Assembly (NCBI GenBank): GCA_963729625.1
Contig: CAVSOU010000008.1
Location: 736,001-800,000 of the forward strand
Direction: 5' to 3'
Length of the DNA stretch: 64,000 nt
Source: an uncultured bacterium
GTDB taxonomy: Bacteria > Chloroflexota > UBA5177 > JANWHV01
Below are positions 19,201 to 30,034 of the stretch, in pieces. Within the stretch, counting starts at the first letter, position 1; each line of letters begins with the position of its first letter. A model generated the notes under the pieces. It did no database searches. It was not told the origin of the DNA and saw only the letters and a program-made list of their open reading frames with translations. The translations under genes and the position numbers were made by a program.

Positions 19201-19689
19201 ATGAACGCGGAAGTGGTCAGAGCGTTTACCAGTGCAGCACACGACGTTCTCGCCCAGGAACTCGGAGAACCAATTGAGCTGCAGGATGTGCGATTGCAAG
19301 GCGGCCCGTACCGGGTGGGCGACATCACGGTCGTGGTCGGGATCGCACAGGATGTCGAGGGAGCCGTTTTGATGTGTCTGTCCAAGCCGACGGCGCGCCA
19401 GTACCTCTCGAACGTTTTGGGCGAAGCAGTGGAGGAACTCGACGAGATCGCCCTCAGTGGCATCGGCGAGCTTGGCAACATGATCGCGGGTACGGCCGGT
19501 GCGCGCCTGGCGGAGATCGGGTATACGACGGTCATCGCCCCTCCAACAGTGTTTGTCGACGGCGGCACGATTTCTACGCTGACGCTTCCGCGGCTCGTCG
19601 TGCCGGTGCACTCGCCGTTCGGTTCAATCGATTTGCAGCTTGCGGCACGCATACATGCAACTCCGCACGTGAGCGGCGTCGCACGATGA
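19201..19689 (+). CDS. cheX: CheX-family phosphatase
   Basis: GELGNMIAG (ExxN), IAPPTVF; GGAGG RBS. Confidence 0.85.
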   Translation: MNAEVVRAFTSAAHDVLAQELGEPIELQDVRLQGGPYRVGDITVVVGIAQDVEGAVLMCLSKPTARQYLSNVLGEAVEELDEIALSGIGELGNMIAGTAGARLAEIGYTTVIAPPTVFVDGGTISTLTLPRLVVPVHSPFGSIDLQLAARIHATPHVSGVAR

Positions 19690-19723
19690 GTCATGGGCTC
19701 CGTGCGCGATGCCGCGATGCGTA

Positions 19724-20626
19724 TCAGGGCAAGGTCACCGTGCCATCAGCGTGAAGCATGACAAGGCCCTCGTGCTCGAGGGTGTGAAGCAGATCGGCGA
19801 GCCATGATGAATCCTCTTCGGAGAAGCCTGGCTTGATTGCAGCGCCCAACCGCGGTTGGGAGAGAGACTCGCGATCCTCCAACTGCCGTAGTCGCTCGAC
19901 GATGCGACCGCGATAGTAGCGCGACGAGCTGGCGTACCGCGAGCGCTGCCCCGTCGCGTATGCAGCTTTACGCTCGCGCACCGCCGGCACCACACGGCCA
20001 ATCGCGCGACACCAGGAGCCGGCGGGGCACAGAAGGCACCGCGGAGCGCGCTCCGTACAGACTGAAGCACCCAGATCCATGAGGGCTTGGTTCCAGGCAT
20101 AGGCGCTGCCTTCAGGCAGCGCCTGAGCGGCAAGTGCCCAGTGTGCCGCGGCCCCGCCCGCGCGTGGACCGTCTGGTCCGAGAACGATTCTGCCGAGCAC
20201 GCGCCGCACATTCGTGTCAAGCACCGGCTCGGAACGGCCGAACGCGAAGCAGGCAACTGCCGCCGCGGTGTAACGACCGACTCCTTCCAGCTCCATCAGG
20301 CCGTCGACCGTCTCGGGCAGCGCGCCGGCGTGCGTGTCGCTCACAGCCTGCGCGATGTGCTGAAGACGTGTCGCACGCCGATTGTAACCTAGCCCCTGCC
20401 ATGCGCGGATAACCTCTGCGGTGGACGCCCGCGAGAGGGCGGCCAGGGTGGGAAACTGCGTGAGAAATGCCTGGTATTTCGGCACCACACGATCAACCTG
20501 TGTCTGCTGGAGCATGAACTCCGCGACAAGGATCGCGTAAGGATCCCGCGTTCGCCGCCAGGGCAAGTCGCGCGCGGACTGGGCATACCATGCGAGAACG
20601 GCGTGATGGATAGCCTCCCAGTTCAA
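19724..20626 (-). CDS. mutY: A/G-specific adenine glycosylase
   Basis: RDLPWR, EFMLQQT, WQGLGYNRRA, LEGVGRYTA, DTNVRRV, C-x6-C-x2-C-x5-C. Confidence 0.92.
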   Translation of the reverse strand: MNWEAIHHAVLAWYAQSARDLPWRRTRDPYAILVAEFMLQQTQVDRVVPKYQAFLTQFPTLAALSRASTAEVIRAWQGLGYNRRATRLQHIAQAVSDTHAGALPETVDGLMELEGVGRYTAAAVACFAFGRSEPVLDTNVRRVLGRIVLGPDGPRAGGAAAHWALAAQALPEGSAYAWNQALMDLGASVCTERAPRCLLCPAGSWCRAIGRVVPAVRERKAAYATGQRSRYASSSRYYRGRIVERLRQLEDRESLSQPRLGAAIKPGFSEEDSSWLADLLHTLEHEGLVMLHADGTVTLP

Positions 20627-21063
20627 GCCGTCTTGTTGAGTTCCTCCGCCAGAAGGTCGGCGCGCGCCTCAGCGGCGCGAAGGCGGCGAGACAACATGGG
20701 TAAAAGGGGCAGAGCCATTTCAGGATGCGCTTCCAGCTCGCCTAGAAACTCCCACTTTGCCAATGTCGCGCACACGGTAGGCGTGGTCGCCTTCACGTCA
20801 GCGGTCCTCGGCAGGTCATCGAGGAGAGCCGTCTCGCCAAAGAAGTCGCCCGGCCCGAGCGTTTGCAGCAAGCGACCAGCACGTAAGACCTCGCACGTAC
20901 CTTCAAGCACGATGTAGAGGCCGAGGCCGAGCTGGCCTTCAGCGACGATATTACGTCCGGCAGGGTACTCCTGTGTCTTGAGCAGCCTGGCCAGCGATTT
21001 GATCGCGCGGCCGTCCAGTCGTTCGAACATTGACACGTGGGCCAGCAGATCGTCCACTTTCAT
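20623..21063 (-). CDS. cyclic nucleotide-binding domain protein
   Basis: GDFFGETALL, PRTADV. Confidence 0.9.
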   Translation of the reverse strand: MKVDDLLAHVSMFERLDGRAIKSLARLLKTQEYPAGRNIVAEGQLGLGLYIVLEGTCEVLRAGRLLQTLGPGDFFGETALLDDLPRTADVKATTPTVCATLAKWEFLGELEAHPEMALPLLPMLSRRLRAAEARADLLAEELNKTA

Positions 21064-21132
21064 CGAGCATGCCTCCAAGGCTGCGCGTTCTTCCCAGACT
21101 CCCCGCGGGGGATACTGCCAGCGTACGGCCGG

Positions 21133-21675
21133 CTATGCTTGCGCCAGCTGACCGCAGACCGTGCTGAGCCGTCGAGCAATTGCCTCCGGCACCTCATCGC
21201 CCGCGACTCGGGCGAGTATGCTCCGCAGCAGCCCGTCGACAGCCGGTCGCGCCACACTGGTTCCCGAGGAGGGCGACTGCATGACGACCCGTGTCAAGGC
21301 TTGACGTTCATTTGGCTGAAGCGACGCCAGCCACGATAGACGCTCGTGAATGAAGGAAGACTCATCGGCCGCAACTTCGGCCTCGACGAGCGCCCGAAGC
21401 TGGCCGGCATCCCAGCCCAGCGTGTGCTGCCTGAGCATGGTGTCAAAGGTGTCGCGCAGAACGAGGGACTCCGGCACTGCGGAGTCCTGGGAAAGTGCCA
21501 AACTGAAGCAGAACGGCGTATTCCGCAATATGCCGAGCTCACCCGCGAGGAATGCAAGACACTGCAAATCAAGCTCGTCGCGCAGGTTTCTCACCGCACG
21601 GACAAGCGCCAGCAGGGCGTGTTGAGGACGATTTGCCGAGGGGGGCGCCGACGGTACGTCGATCGGCGCGATCAT
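21133..21675 (-). CDS. hypothetical protein
   Basis: Protein-like helical ORF co-oriented with cNMP gene and mutY; start uncertain. Confidence 0.5.
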   Translation of the reverse strand: MIAPIDVPSAPPSANRPQHALLALVRAVRNLRDELDLQCLAFLAGELGILRNTPFCFSLALSQDSAVPESLVLRDTFDTMLRQHTLGWDAGQLRALVEAEVAADESSFIHERLSWLASLQPNERQALTRVVMQSPSSGTSVARPAVDGLLRSILARVAGDEVPEAIARRLSTVCGQLAQA

Positions 21676-22071
21676 TTGATTGCCAGGAGCATACCCTAAT
21701 ACCACGGATCTCCTCTCCCTTCCCCGCAACGATGTTTACACTCTGTCGGGATTACCGTTCACTCCCCCAAGTGAACGCGGAGAGGTGCTCGTCCTGCCGC
21801 ACTCGGGCAGTTTCCAGCACCGGTTACCAGTTCAATACTACAGCAAAACTGCCCTCTATGGCGAGGTCCTTGACACAACATATTGGGGTAGACATAAGCT
21901 GCCTACTACTCGTAACCTACTCAACACATGGATGACATACGGGGTAGGTTGAGAGTTCCGTGCATGCAGCGATGAGGCACTACACCAGTTTCCCTTTCGT
22001 GATGTACTCTCGTAGGATTGCGCGTGGTGAATCGTCGGGTTGTCTCACCATGTGACTGAAGGGGACGAAGC

Positions 22072-23094
22072 GTGATGCCGCTGCATATTGGCGCGGTTGG
22101 TACTGGACTTGCATTCAGGGAGCTTCACCTTCCCATAGTGGCGGAGTTCCAGGATAGGTTTCGCATTTCTGCCGTTGTCAGCGGCACACCAGACTCAACG
22201 GCGGCAGGGGCCCGGTTCGTGGCCGGGGCAACCGGCACGCTTCCGTATGCGTGCGCCACTGTCGAGGAGCTGCTGGATCGACCAGAGATCGACATAGTTC
22301 TGGTTACCGTACCCATCCATCTCACGGCAAGGTATGTGCGACAGGCTCTGCAGCGAGGCAAGACGGTGTTTGCCGAGAAGCCCGTCTCGGACAACGCAGT
22401 TGAGGCGCACGGTCTGATCGATCTTGCGCGGAAGATGGGCGTGGTCCTGTTCATCGCCGAGAACTTCAGATACAAGCGCCAGTATCGGCAGCTTGGCGAG
22501 CTGGCACGTTCGGGCCTTATTGGGCAACCTGTTCTTTTTCGCTTGAACGATCTGCACTACACTTCTCCGCAATCGAAGTACGCCGTCACCGCCTGGCGGC
22601 AGGAGGGCGCCCACAAAGGCGGCTATCTTCTCGACGGGGGACTCCACACCATCGCAGGCGTGCGCTCCGTGGTGACCAGCAAGGTTACTGCGGTGCATGG
22701 GTTGATGACGTCGTTTCATCCTGAGTTCCTGGCTCGGCAGGAGGATACCCTGCTGCTGCACCTGACGTTTGAAGACGGTATGATTGGAGACGTCGGGCTG
22801 GGCTACGGCGCCGTCGACCCTGAAGGACGCCGGCCGAAAGTGTATGGGCCTGAGGGCACGCTGGTACTACTGCGCGATCGCGTCGAGCTATGGACGCCGG
22901 GCTCCGCAGAGGCGGCACGGCGCTTTCCTCTGGAGCTCAACGGCCCAGGGTTCAAGGAGGAATGGCTCGATTTCTACGGAGCGGTGGCCGAGCGGAAACC
23001 GCTGGCCGGCACGCCGGAAGATGCGGTCATCGATTCCGAGATTATTCTCGCCGGTATTGAGTCTGCTCGCACCGGCCACGTAGTGCGTCTCTAA
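22072..23094 (+). CDS. Gfo/Idh/MocA family oxidoreductase
   Basis: GAVGTG, AEKP, AENFRY, GGYLLDGGLH. Confidence 0.92.
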   Translation: MMPLHIGAVGTGLAFRELHLPIVAEFQDRFRISAVVSGTPDSTAAGARFVAGATGTLPYACATVEELLDRPEIDIVLVTVPIHLTARYVRQALQRGKTVFAEKPVSDNAVEAHGLIDLARKMGVVLFIAENFRYKRQYRQLGELARSGLIGQPVLFRLNDLHYTSPQSKYAVTAWRQEGAHKGGYLLDGGLHTIAGVRSVVTSKVTAVHGLMTSFHPEFLARQEDTLLLHLTFEDGMIGDVGLGYGAVDPEGRRPKVYGPEGTLVLLRDRVELWTPGSAEAARRFPLELNGPGFKEEWLDFYGAVAERKPLAGTPEDAVIDSEIILAGIESARTGHVVRL

Positions 23095-23139
23095 GGTGAA
23101 AACAGCCTCCATCTGTGGAACGATGGCAGAGACGGGCCG

Positions 23140-23385
23140 ACTGCGGTCGGGCGAGCGCGGCGGTTTTCATGCGCGGTGGTGGCCCACCAAACCGTTGGTA
23201 TCTAGGGAGGAGCCGGGCGCTGGATAGCTTGGTGATTGGCAGCAGCGTGGCGAAGACCGGCGACCCGCTGTTCGAGCCCGCGCGACAGAAAGTGTCACGG
23301 CAGTGCTTCCGCTCCGGCGGCTGCGAGATCGGCATCGTGCAGGCCGAACTGGGCGACCATAGCACCATTCTGGGCTGTGCGTCGC
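23140..23385 (+). pseudogene. ROK-family sugar kinase C-terminal remnant
   Basis: LVIGSSVAKTGDPLFEPARQKV...IVQAELGDHSTILG matches ROK VIGGGVxxAGxxLFEP...AxLGxxAGxxG; N-terminus absent; in frame with the activating enzyme. Confidence 0.65.
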
Positions 23386-23399
23386 CCGCGCGACGCACG

Positions 23400-24363
23400 G
23401 TGCAGGGACGTGGCTCCCGTGCTGTCAGCGCGTGCGCGTCTCGACTGACGCCGTTCGAGCGCGCGAAGCTCGAACGAGTCGAAGGTATCGTGTTTGACAT
23501 ACAGCGCTTCTCGCTGCACGACGGAGCGGGGCTGCGCACGAACGTCTTCTTCAAGGGCTGCGCGATGCGTTGTCCGTGGTGCGCTAACCCCGAGTCGCAG
23601 CATCGCGAGCCGGAGCTCTGGTATTCGGTGCAGCGGTGCATCGAGTGCGGGCAGTTCGCCCCTCCCTGCGCGGACTGCATCGAACAGAACGGAGCCGCGG
23701 GCAAGCGCGCGGACATGCGCGGCAGGCTGGACCTATGCCCTACCGGCGCGATTCGCGTGATCGGCGACCGGCGTACGGCAGGCGAGGTTCTGGCCGAGGT
23801 GCTGCGGGACGCGCCATTCTACTCGGGCGGAGGCGGCATGACGCTGACAGGTGGCGAGCCCACCGATCAACCACGGCTGGCCGAGGCGCTGCTCCGTCTC
23901 GCCAGGCATCACCATATCTCGACTGCCCTCGAGACAAGCGGCCACGCCCGCTGGCGCATTCTGGAGCGACTGCTGCCGCACCTCGACGACGTGCTCTTCG
24001 ACGTGAAGCACATGGACTCCGCGAGACATCGATCGAGTCACCGGCGTCGACAATGTCCTGATTCTGGCGAATCTCGGCCGGCTGGCCGCCCTGGGTGCTC
24101 CGCTCACCGTGCGCGTGCCGTTGATCCCGAGCTTCAACACGGACGAAGCTAGCTTGAGCGCGATTGCCGATTATGTGCAAGCACTTGACGGCCCGACCAA
24201 ACCCGTGAATCTGCTGCCCTATCACACCCTTGGGCGGGCGAAATATAAAGCGCTGAATCGCGACTACCCATGGAATGGATACGTGCGCCTGACCGACGAG
24301 CAAATCGCGGTATGCCGTGAGGTGTTCATCTCGCGGGGCCTCGTCGCCACTGTCGGCGGCTAG
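23400..24363 (+). pseudogene. pflC: glycyl-radical enzyme activating protein (radical SAM), +1 frameshift near 24030-24040
   Basis: FDIQRFSLHDG, GCAMRCPWCANPES, ferredoxin insert, TGGEP, DVKH; continues in next frame TGVDNVLIL...RVPLIP...LLPYH. Start uncertain; frameshift may be a sequencing error. Confidence 0.85.
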
Positions 24364-24382
24364 TTGGGATGGGAGGCGCAGG

Positions 24383-26826
24383 ATGTCGCGTCTTTTGGCC
24401 GAGCCGGATCTTCCCTATTTGCGAGTACACCCGGAAGCGGCCTTCCCTCTGGACACGCGGCATAGTAGCCAGCCGTCCGCGCGCTGCGCGCGGCTGAAGA
24501 CGCGCCTGTTCGCGTGCGATCGGGAAATAGATTGCGAGCGAGCGCGCCACGCCACCGAGGCCTACCGCGCGACGGAGGGCGAGCCGATGCTCATCCGTCG
24601 CGCCACCATGCTGCTGCACCTCGTCCGGCAGTTGAGCATCGCGATTGACTCCGACGAGCTGATTGTGGGCAACCGATCACTGAAGCCTCGCATGGGCGTG
24701 ATCGCGCCTGAAGGCGCTGTCGATTGGGTCGACCGGGAACTCGACAGCCTGCCGACGCGACCGCAGGATCCATTTGGCGTACAGCCCGAACAGGTGCGCG
24801 AGCTGCGCGAAGACATATTCCCCTACTGGCGCGGCAGGACCCTTGAAGACAACGTGGCTTCGCGCGTGCCGGGCGTGATCTGGGCGGCGGTCCAGGGCAA
24901 GGTCTTCAGCCTGAACCAGACAGATCACGCGCAAGGGCACATCCTGCCTGATGTCGCTCGCTGGCTTCGCCTAGGCGTGAGTGGCCTGCGCGCGCAAGTA
25001 CAGGCCAGCCGGCGGCAAGAGAGTGCACAGGCCGCTGCGCAGCAAACCTTCTACAGGGCGGCGGAGATCGCCCTGGACGCGGCAGCGGTGTTTATGCGTC
25101 GTTACGGCGACCTCGCCCAACGGGTGGCGCTGTCATGCCGGTCGCGAGCGCGTCGGAGAGAGCTGGAGCAGGTCGCCGCGCGCTGCCTGTGGCTCAGCGA
25201 GAGCCCTGCGCGGGGCTTTGGGGATGCAGTGCAGGCGGTCTGGTTCCTCTTCGTGCTGCTGCAAATAGAGTCCAACGCCAGTAGCTTCTCGCCCGGCCGC
25301 TTCGATCAATACATGCTGCCGTACCTGGAGGCCGATCTGGCAACGGGCGGCCTGGTCCTGTCCGCGGCGCAAGAACTGCTCGAGGGACTTTGGCTCAAGT
25401 TCAACGAGATAGTCCTGTTGCGCAGCGGCTCGAGCGCGCGCTACTTTGCCGGGTTCCCTATCGGCTTCAACGTCCTCCTTGGCGGTCAGGGTCACGATGG
25501 AGGCGACGCCACGAACTTCCTCAGCTACATGTGCCTCCGGGCGCAGGCGGACCTCATGTTGACCCAGCCAAACCTATCGATCCGCGTGCACGAGCGGAGC
25601 CCTCAGGAGTTTCTGCTCGCGGCGGCCAGCGTGATCGGCAAGGGAGGAGGGATGCCTCAGGTCTTCAATGACGAGGTTATCGTGCCCGGCCAGGTCAACC
25701 GGGGGGTTGCGCGGGAGGACGCATTGAACTACGCGGTGGTCGGCTGCGTGGAACTCTCGACGCCCGGCAAGGCGCTGGGCTGGAGTGATGCTTCCATGCT
25801 CAACCTGACACGCGTCCTGGAATTGACGCTGTTCGGCGGCAAGGATCCCCAGAGTGGACTCCAGATCGGCCTGGCCACCCCACCGCTGGACGAGATGGGC
25901 TCGATGGAAGAGCTGGAAGCAGCCTATGACCGACAGCTTGTTCATTTCGTCGACCTGATGGTACAGGGCTGCAACATTGTGGATCTCCTTCACGCCGAGA
26001 TACTGCCATCGCCTTTCCTGTCCCTGACTATCGACGACTGTATCGGGCGCGGCCTGGATGTGACGGCGGGTGGGGCACTCTACAATTTCAGTGGTGTGCA
26101 GGGCGTGCAGATTGCCAACGTTGCCGACAGTCTGGCCGCCGTGCGAGATTCCGTGTTTGAGCAGAGATGGGTGACCGCCGCCAAGCTGCTCGAGACGCTC
26201 CGCGCCAACTTCCTGGGTGACGAGACACTCCGCCAACGCTTGATCAACCGCACGCCAAAATACGGCAACGACGACGAGCGGGCAGATCAATTCGCGCGGA
26301 CGTGGGCGTGGCGCTACTGCAGTCTGGTCGAGGAACACCGGAACGTGCGCGGCGGTGGCTATCAGCCGGGCTTCTACACCGTTTCAGCGCACGTGCCGAT
26401 GGGGGTAACGTGGGTGCGATGCCCGACGGCCGTCGCGCGGGCGAACCGCTAGCCGATGGCGGCGTATCGCCGATGACCGGGCGCGACGAGAAGGGTCCGA
26501 CGGCGGTGCTGTCGTCGGTGGGCAAGATGGACCTGGCCCTTGCTACAAACGGCGCGCTGCTGAACATGAAGTTCTCCCCCCAGTTCTTTGACGGCGATCA
26601 CGCGCTCGAGCAATTCGTGGCGCTGCTGCGCGGTTTCTGCCGGTTGCGCATTCCGCACGTGCAGTTCAATGTCGTGTCGGCGGCGACCCTGCGTCTGGCG
26701 CAGGCCAGCCCTGCGGAATACCGATCGCTGGTCGTGCGCGTCGCAGGGTACAGCGCGTACTTCACCGATCTGGACAGGGATCTGCAGGACGAAATCATCC
26801 GCCGCACCGAGTTCGGCCAGGTCTAG
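24383..26826 (+). pseudogene. pflD: glycyl radical enzyme, PflD-like; -1 frameshift in G-run 26401-26405
   Basis: PTRPQD, NQTDHAQGHI, ESNASS, SSARYFAGFP, VVGCVELS (Cys loop), YTVSAHVP, RVAGYS (Gly loop), all matching E. coli PflD as recalled; homopolymer indel may be an artefact. Confidence 0.85.
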
Positions 26827-27517
26827 AGCCAACTCAGCCGACTGCCGGGGCCGAGGGAGCGGTCGCGCCACTGCCTACCCGTGAGAGGGGCATGGGTGGC
26901 GTATACGATTCGTGACTCAGTGCGGTCTGCATCAGGAGCGCCTGGACGGGACGGTCCTGCGCCTCGCAGATGGCTTCCGGAAGGCCGGCGTTTTCCGCTT
27001 GCGCGAGCAGGCGACTGTAATCGTTGACGGTGAGCTGCAGGTGTTGAAGCGGCTCGATCACGGCAGGCATCTTTCTGAGCGGTGGCGTGCACGGAGCACC
27101 GCCTGTCGGCAGCACAAATCCACTGCCTTCCTTCGCGGGCCCGTGCTTGTACTTCGCCCCTACCAGTATGTCTACATCGGGCGTCCAGACAGAAGCGCTC
27201 GTGCGCAGAAGGCGGCACCAGGGATGTCGCGCGGGCACCTGGCTGCCGGCAGCACGTGCCGAGAACGACGGCACAATTCGTGTTCTGCGTGGCGCGACCT
27301 CATTGATCTGATCGGATGCGACCGGCGTACTACCTGTAGCTACCTCACGTGGCAGCCCCGTTTGAAATCCCTGAGCAGAGCCAAGGAGCTTCTTCCTCAA
27401 GACGCGGTTCCAGCAGAGAGCGGGGATTGAGTGCGGTGCCTCGCCAACTGCCTAAGGATTTAGACACGCCAGCGGGTGTTCAACGATGTAATGGGAGACA
27501 AAGCAGGGAGAGTCAAC

Positions 27518-28405
27518 ATGGCGCCTTTGGTTGTAGACGTTACCCAGGCGCGCCACACGGGTCCGATCGTGCTCGATATCGGGGACGATACCGGGGCCGT
27601 CATCGTTCACACCGGCGAGCGCCTGGTCGGCCGCGAGATCGAAGTAAGCCCAGCCGACAATGCCGCGCGCCGCGTTCATACCGAGGTTCTCGAGCGCAGG
27701 TTCGGCGGCCACGTCGAGTTTGCGGCGGTCTTTGCCGAGCTGCCGGCAGGGTGTTACAGCCTGTGGCGCACCATTCTGGCGGATGAACCGATCGAAGTGC
27801 TGGCGGCAGCTGTGACCGAGATCGACTGGCGGCATATAGCCGAACCGTCGGATTTCCGCCTTGCCCGGCCTGAGGGGCTTCGTGATGATTCCGTTCCGCC
27901 AGGCGCCCGGGACATGCTTCCTGCTCGCTATCGCGAGGGCGGGCCTGTGTGTGCGTTGTCGATGGGCTCTGCGCCGATGCTCTACGCCGGAGACGGCCAG
28001 GTAGCCTGGGACGAGATGTGGACCACGTTCTGCGACCTGGCGCTGGGAGGGGGGCCAAAGCATCGCGATACGTTGCTGGATCCTGCGACGCCGGCAGAGG
28101 TTCTCGCGGCGCCCGAGGCCTTCAAGCACGTTGTGGCCGAGACCGAGCGAGGCCTTCGCCTGGTGACCGGACTGCCGACCGTGCCAGGCGCGAAGCCAGG
28201 CTGGGTCGGGCTGCAGTGCGAAGACGAGGCGATGGCTCGCTGGCTTCTGCGCGCCATCGCCGCGGAAAACGTGAGCGTCCGGCGCGAGAGGGGAGTGATC
28301 TATCTTCCCGCGGCACCAGCCTACCGCCTCGAAAAGGAGGTCAAGAGTGTGGTGACGGTCGTAGCCAAGACCGTCCACCACTGGCTCGAACATCGCGGCA
28401 CGTAG
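27518..28405 (+). CDS. two-domain hypothetical protein
   Basis: N-domain VLDIGDDTGA...HTEVLER...AAVFAELPAG; C-domain WDEMWTTFCDLALGGGPKHR...AENVSVR...KTVHHW; GGGAGA RBS. Confidence 0.7.
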   Translation: MAPLVVDVTQARHTGPIVLDIGDDTGAVIVHTGERLVGREIEVSPADNAARRVHTEVLERRFGGHVEFAAVFAELPAGCYSLWRTILADEPIEVLAAAVTEIDWRHIAEPSDFRLARPEGLRDDSVPPGARDMLPARYREGGPVCALSMGSAPMLYAGDGQVAWDEMWTTFCDLALGGGPKHRDTLLDPATPAEVLAAPEAFKHVVAETERGLRLVTGLPTVPGAKPGWVGLQCEDEAMARWLLRAIAAENVSVRRERGVIYLPAAPAYRLEKEVKSVVTVVAKTVHHWLEHRGT

Positions 28406-28701
28406 GCCATCGCGACTCGTGGGTGTCGTGTACGCTTGTTGTAGACGGTCTGCACGCAGATCCACAATCAGCGGGCCTGGCGCAAGCGACATCCCCAGGT
28501 TCCGAGGGTACACGGTCGCTGGTTTGGCGCAATGTGACGAACTGTGTCGCTGCTGAAGGAAACAGCGACGTGCTGTCGGTATGGCTTCCAGGTGCGAGCA
28601 CCCTTGTCGGAGACTGTTAATCGTTTCGCGAGCCAGCAATCACTCTCAGAACGAGGCGCAGGGCCGATCCGCTTGCGGTTCTGGGCTGTAGTACCGTAGT
28701 A

Positions 28702-29292
28702 ATGGGTACAGTGAGCGAGCAACTGAGCGACGACGTTCTCGTCGGCCTAGTGCGCGACCGCGATACCAGCGCCTTCGCCATCCTGTATGATCGGCATAGC
28801 CGCTTGGCATTCGGGCTCGCGTATCGTTTGCTGGGCGAGGCCTCGGATGCCGAAGATGTTGTGCAGGACGCGTTTCTCTCGCTCTGGCGGCAGGCTGAGA
28901 CATTTCGGCCCGAAAAGGCGGCCGCGCGTAGCTGGTTGCTCTCGATTGTGCATCATCGGGCCGTGGACCGACTGCGCCGAGTGGCATCACAACATGTCTC
29001 GGACGCTGGTCTCGAGGACTTGCCAGAGCGAGCGGATCATCGCGTCGACGTGGAACATGAGGTCAGCGTGTCGCTGGAAGGTGCAGCGGTGCGCGAAGCT
29101 CTCAACGCTCTTCCACGCGACCAACAGCAAGCTATTGAGCTGGCCTACTATGGCGGGTTGTCACACAGTGAAATCGCAAGCAAGCTCGAGGTGCCGGTCG
29201 GCACCGTAAAGGGTCGCCTGCGCATCGGACTACAGAAGATGAGAGCAATTCTCGATCGTGCAGCCTTGCAGCGTGCCGCCCATGACTCATGA
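28702..29292 (+). CDS. ECF RNA polymerase sigma factor (SigK-like)
   Basis: DAEDVVQDAF, RSWLL, LAYYGGLSHSEIA, GTVKGR. Confidence 0.93.
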   Translation: MGTVSEQLSDDVLVGLVRDRDTSAFAILYDRHSRLAFGLAYRLLGEASDAEDVVQDAFLSLWRQAETFRPEKAAARSWLLSIVHHRAVDRLRRVASQHVSDAGLEDLPERADHRVDVEHEVSVSLEGAAVREALNALPRDQQQAIELAYYGGLSHSEIASKLEVPVGTVKGRLRIGLQKMRAILDRAALQRAAHDS

Positions 29293-30025
29293 CGATATTG
29301 GCGAGCTCCTTGGCGCCCTTGCCTTGGACGCGCTCAGTGCCGATGAGCGCCGCGACGTGGAGGCGCATGTGAAGGACTGCGCGACGTGCACCGCGGAAGT
29401 GGCTCAGCTGCGATTGACCGCGGGAGATCTGGCCCTGCTTGTGCCTGAGCGCGAGCCGCCACCGGCGCTGCGAACACGACTGATGAATCTGGTCGAGGCG
29501 GACCGGCGGCAATGGCTGGAACAGCAGGCCAAACAGGCAGTGAGTGTCGACGCCGCGCAGCGACGCGCCGGGTGGTGGGTGCGCATCCCGAAGTTAGCCT
29601 ATCCAATAGCGGGCGGCCTGGCTGTCGCTCTGGTGTTGTTGGCGGTGATCATTCTCAATCAACGTGGCGTCACCGTGCACACGTATCAGAGTCACGGCGT
29701 GGTCGCGCAGGTGGTGAAGGGGGTTGCGCTGGGCGGAATGACAGCTACGGTCGAAGTGCGAAGCGATCACACCACCGCAGTTCGCTTCGACCACCTCCCA
29801 ACCCTGCCGAAAGAGTTGGCGTATGAGCTCTGGCTCGTTCCTGCCAAAGGCGCTCCCGTGCCGATATCTGGTTTTGTCGCGGGCGCCAACCACACCTTCA
29901 GCGCGCGATACCAGAGAAGTGCGCAGGGATTCTCGGCCGTTGCCGTGAGCATTGAACGAGCACCTGGCGATCGGCGCAGCCCATCGCCCGGCGGTATCGC
30001 GCTCGAGGTGCTGCTGGGCGCGTGA
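29282..30025 (+). CDS. anti-sigma factor (ZAS + RskA-like domain)
   Basis: HVKDCATC (HxxxCxxC), single TM, YELWL, VAVSIE..G...PS. Confidence 0.88.
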   Translation: MTHDDIGELLGALALDALSADERRDVEAHVKDCATCTAEVAQLRLTAGDLALLVPEREPPPALRTRLMNLVEADRRQWLEQQAKQAVSVDAAQRRAGWWVRIPKLAYPIAGGLAVALVLLAVIILNQRGVTVHTYQSHGVVAQVVKGVALGGMTATVEVRSDHTTAVRFDHLPTLPKELAYELWLVPAKGAPVPISGFVAGANHTFSARYQRSAQGFSAVAVSIERAPGDRRSPSPGGIALEVLLGA

Positions 30026-30034
30026 CTGTGCCAA

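Noticed and set aside
23115-24152. Novel ROK-radical SAM fusion protein
   Set aside because: ROK part is only a degenerate C-terminal fragment; more likely a lost stop in a decaying operon.
26834-27430. ORFs downstream of pflD
   Set aside because: No aldolase, transporter or other family recognisable on either strand.
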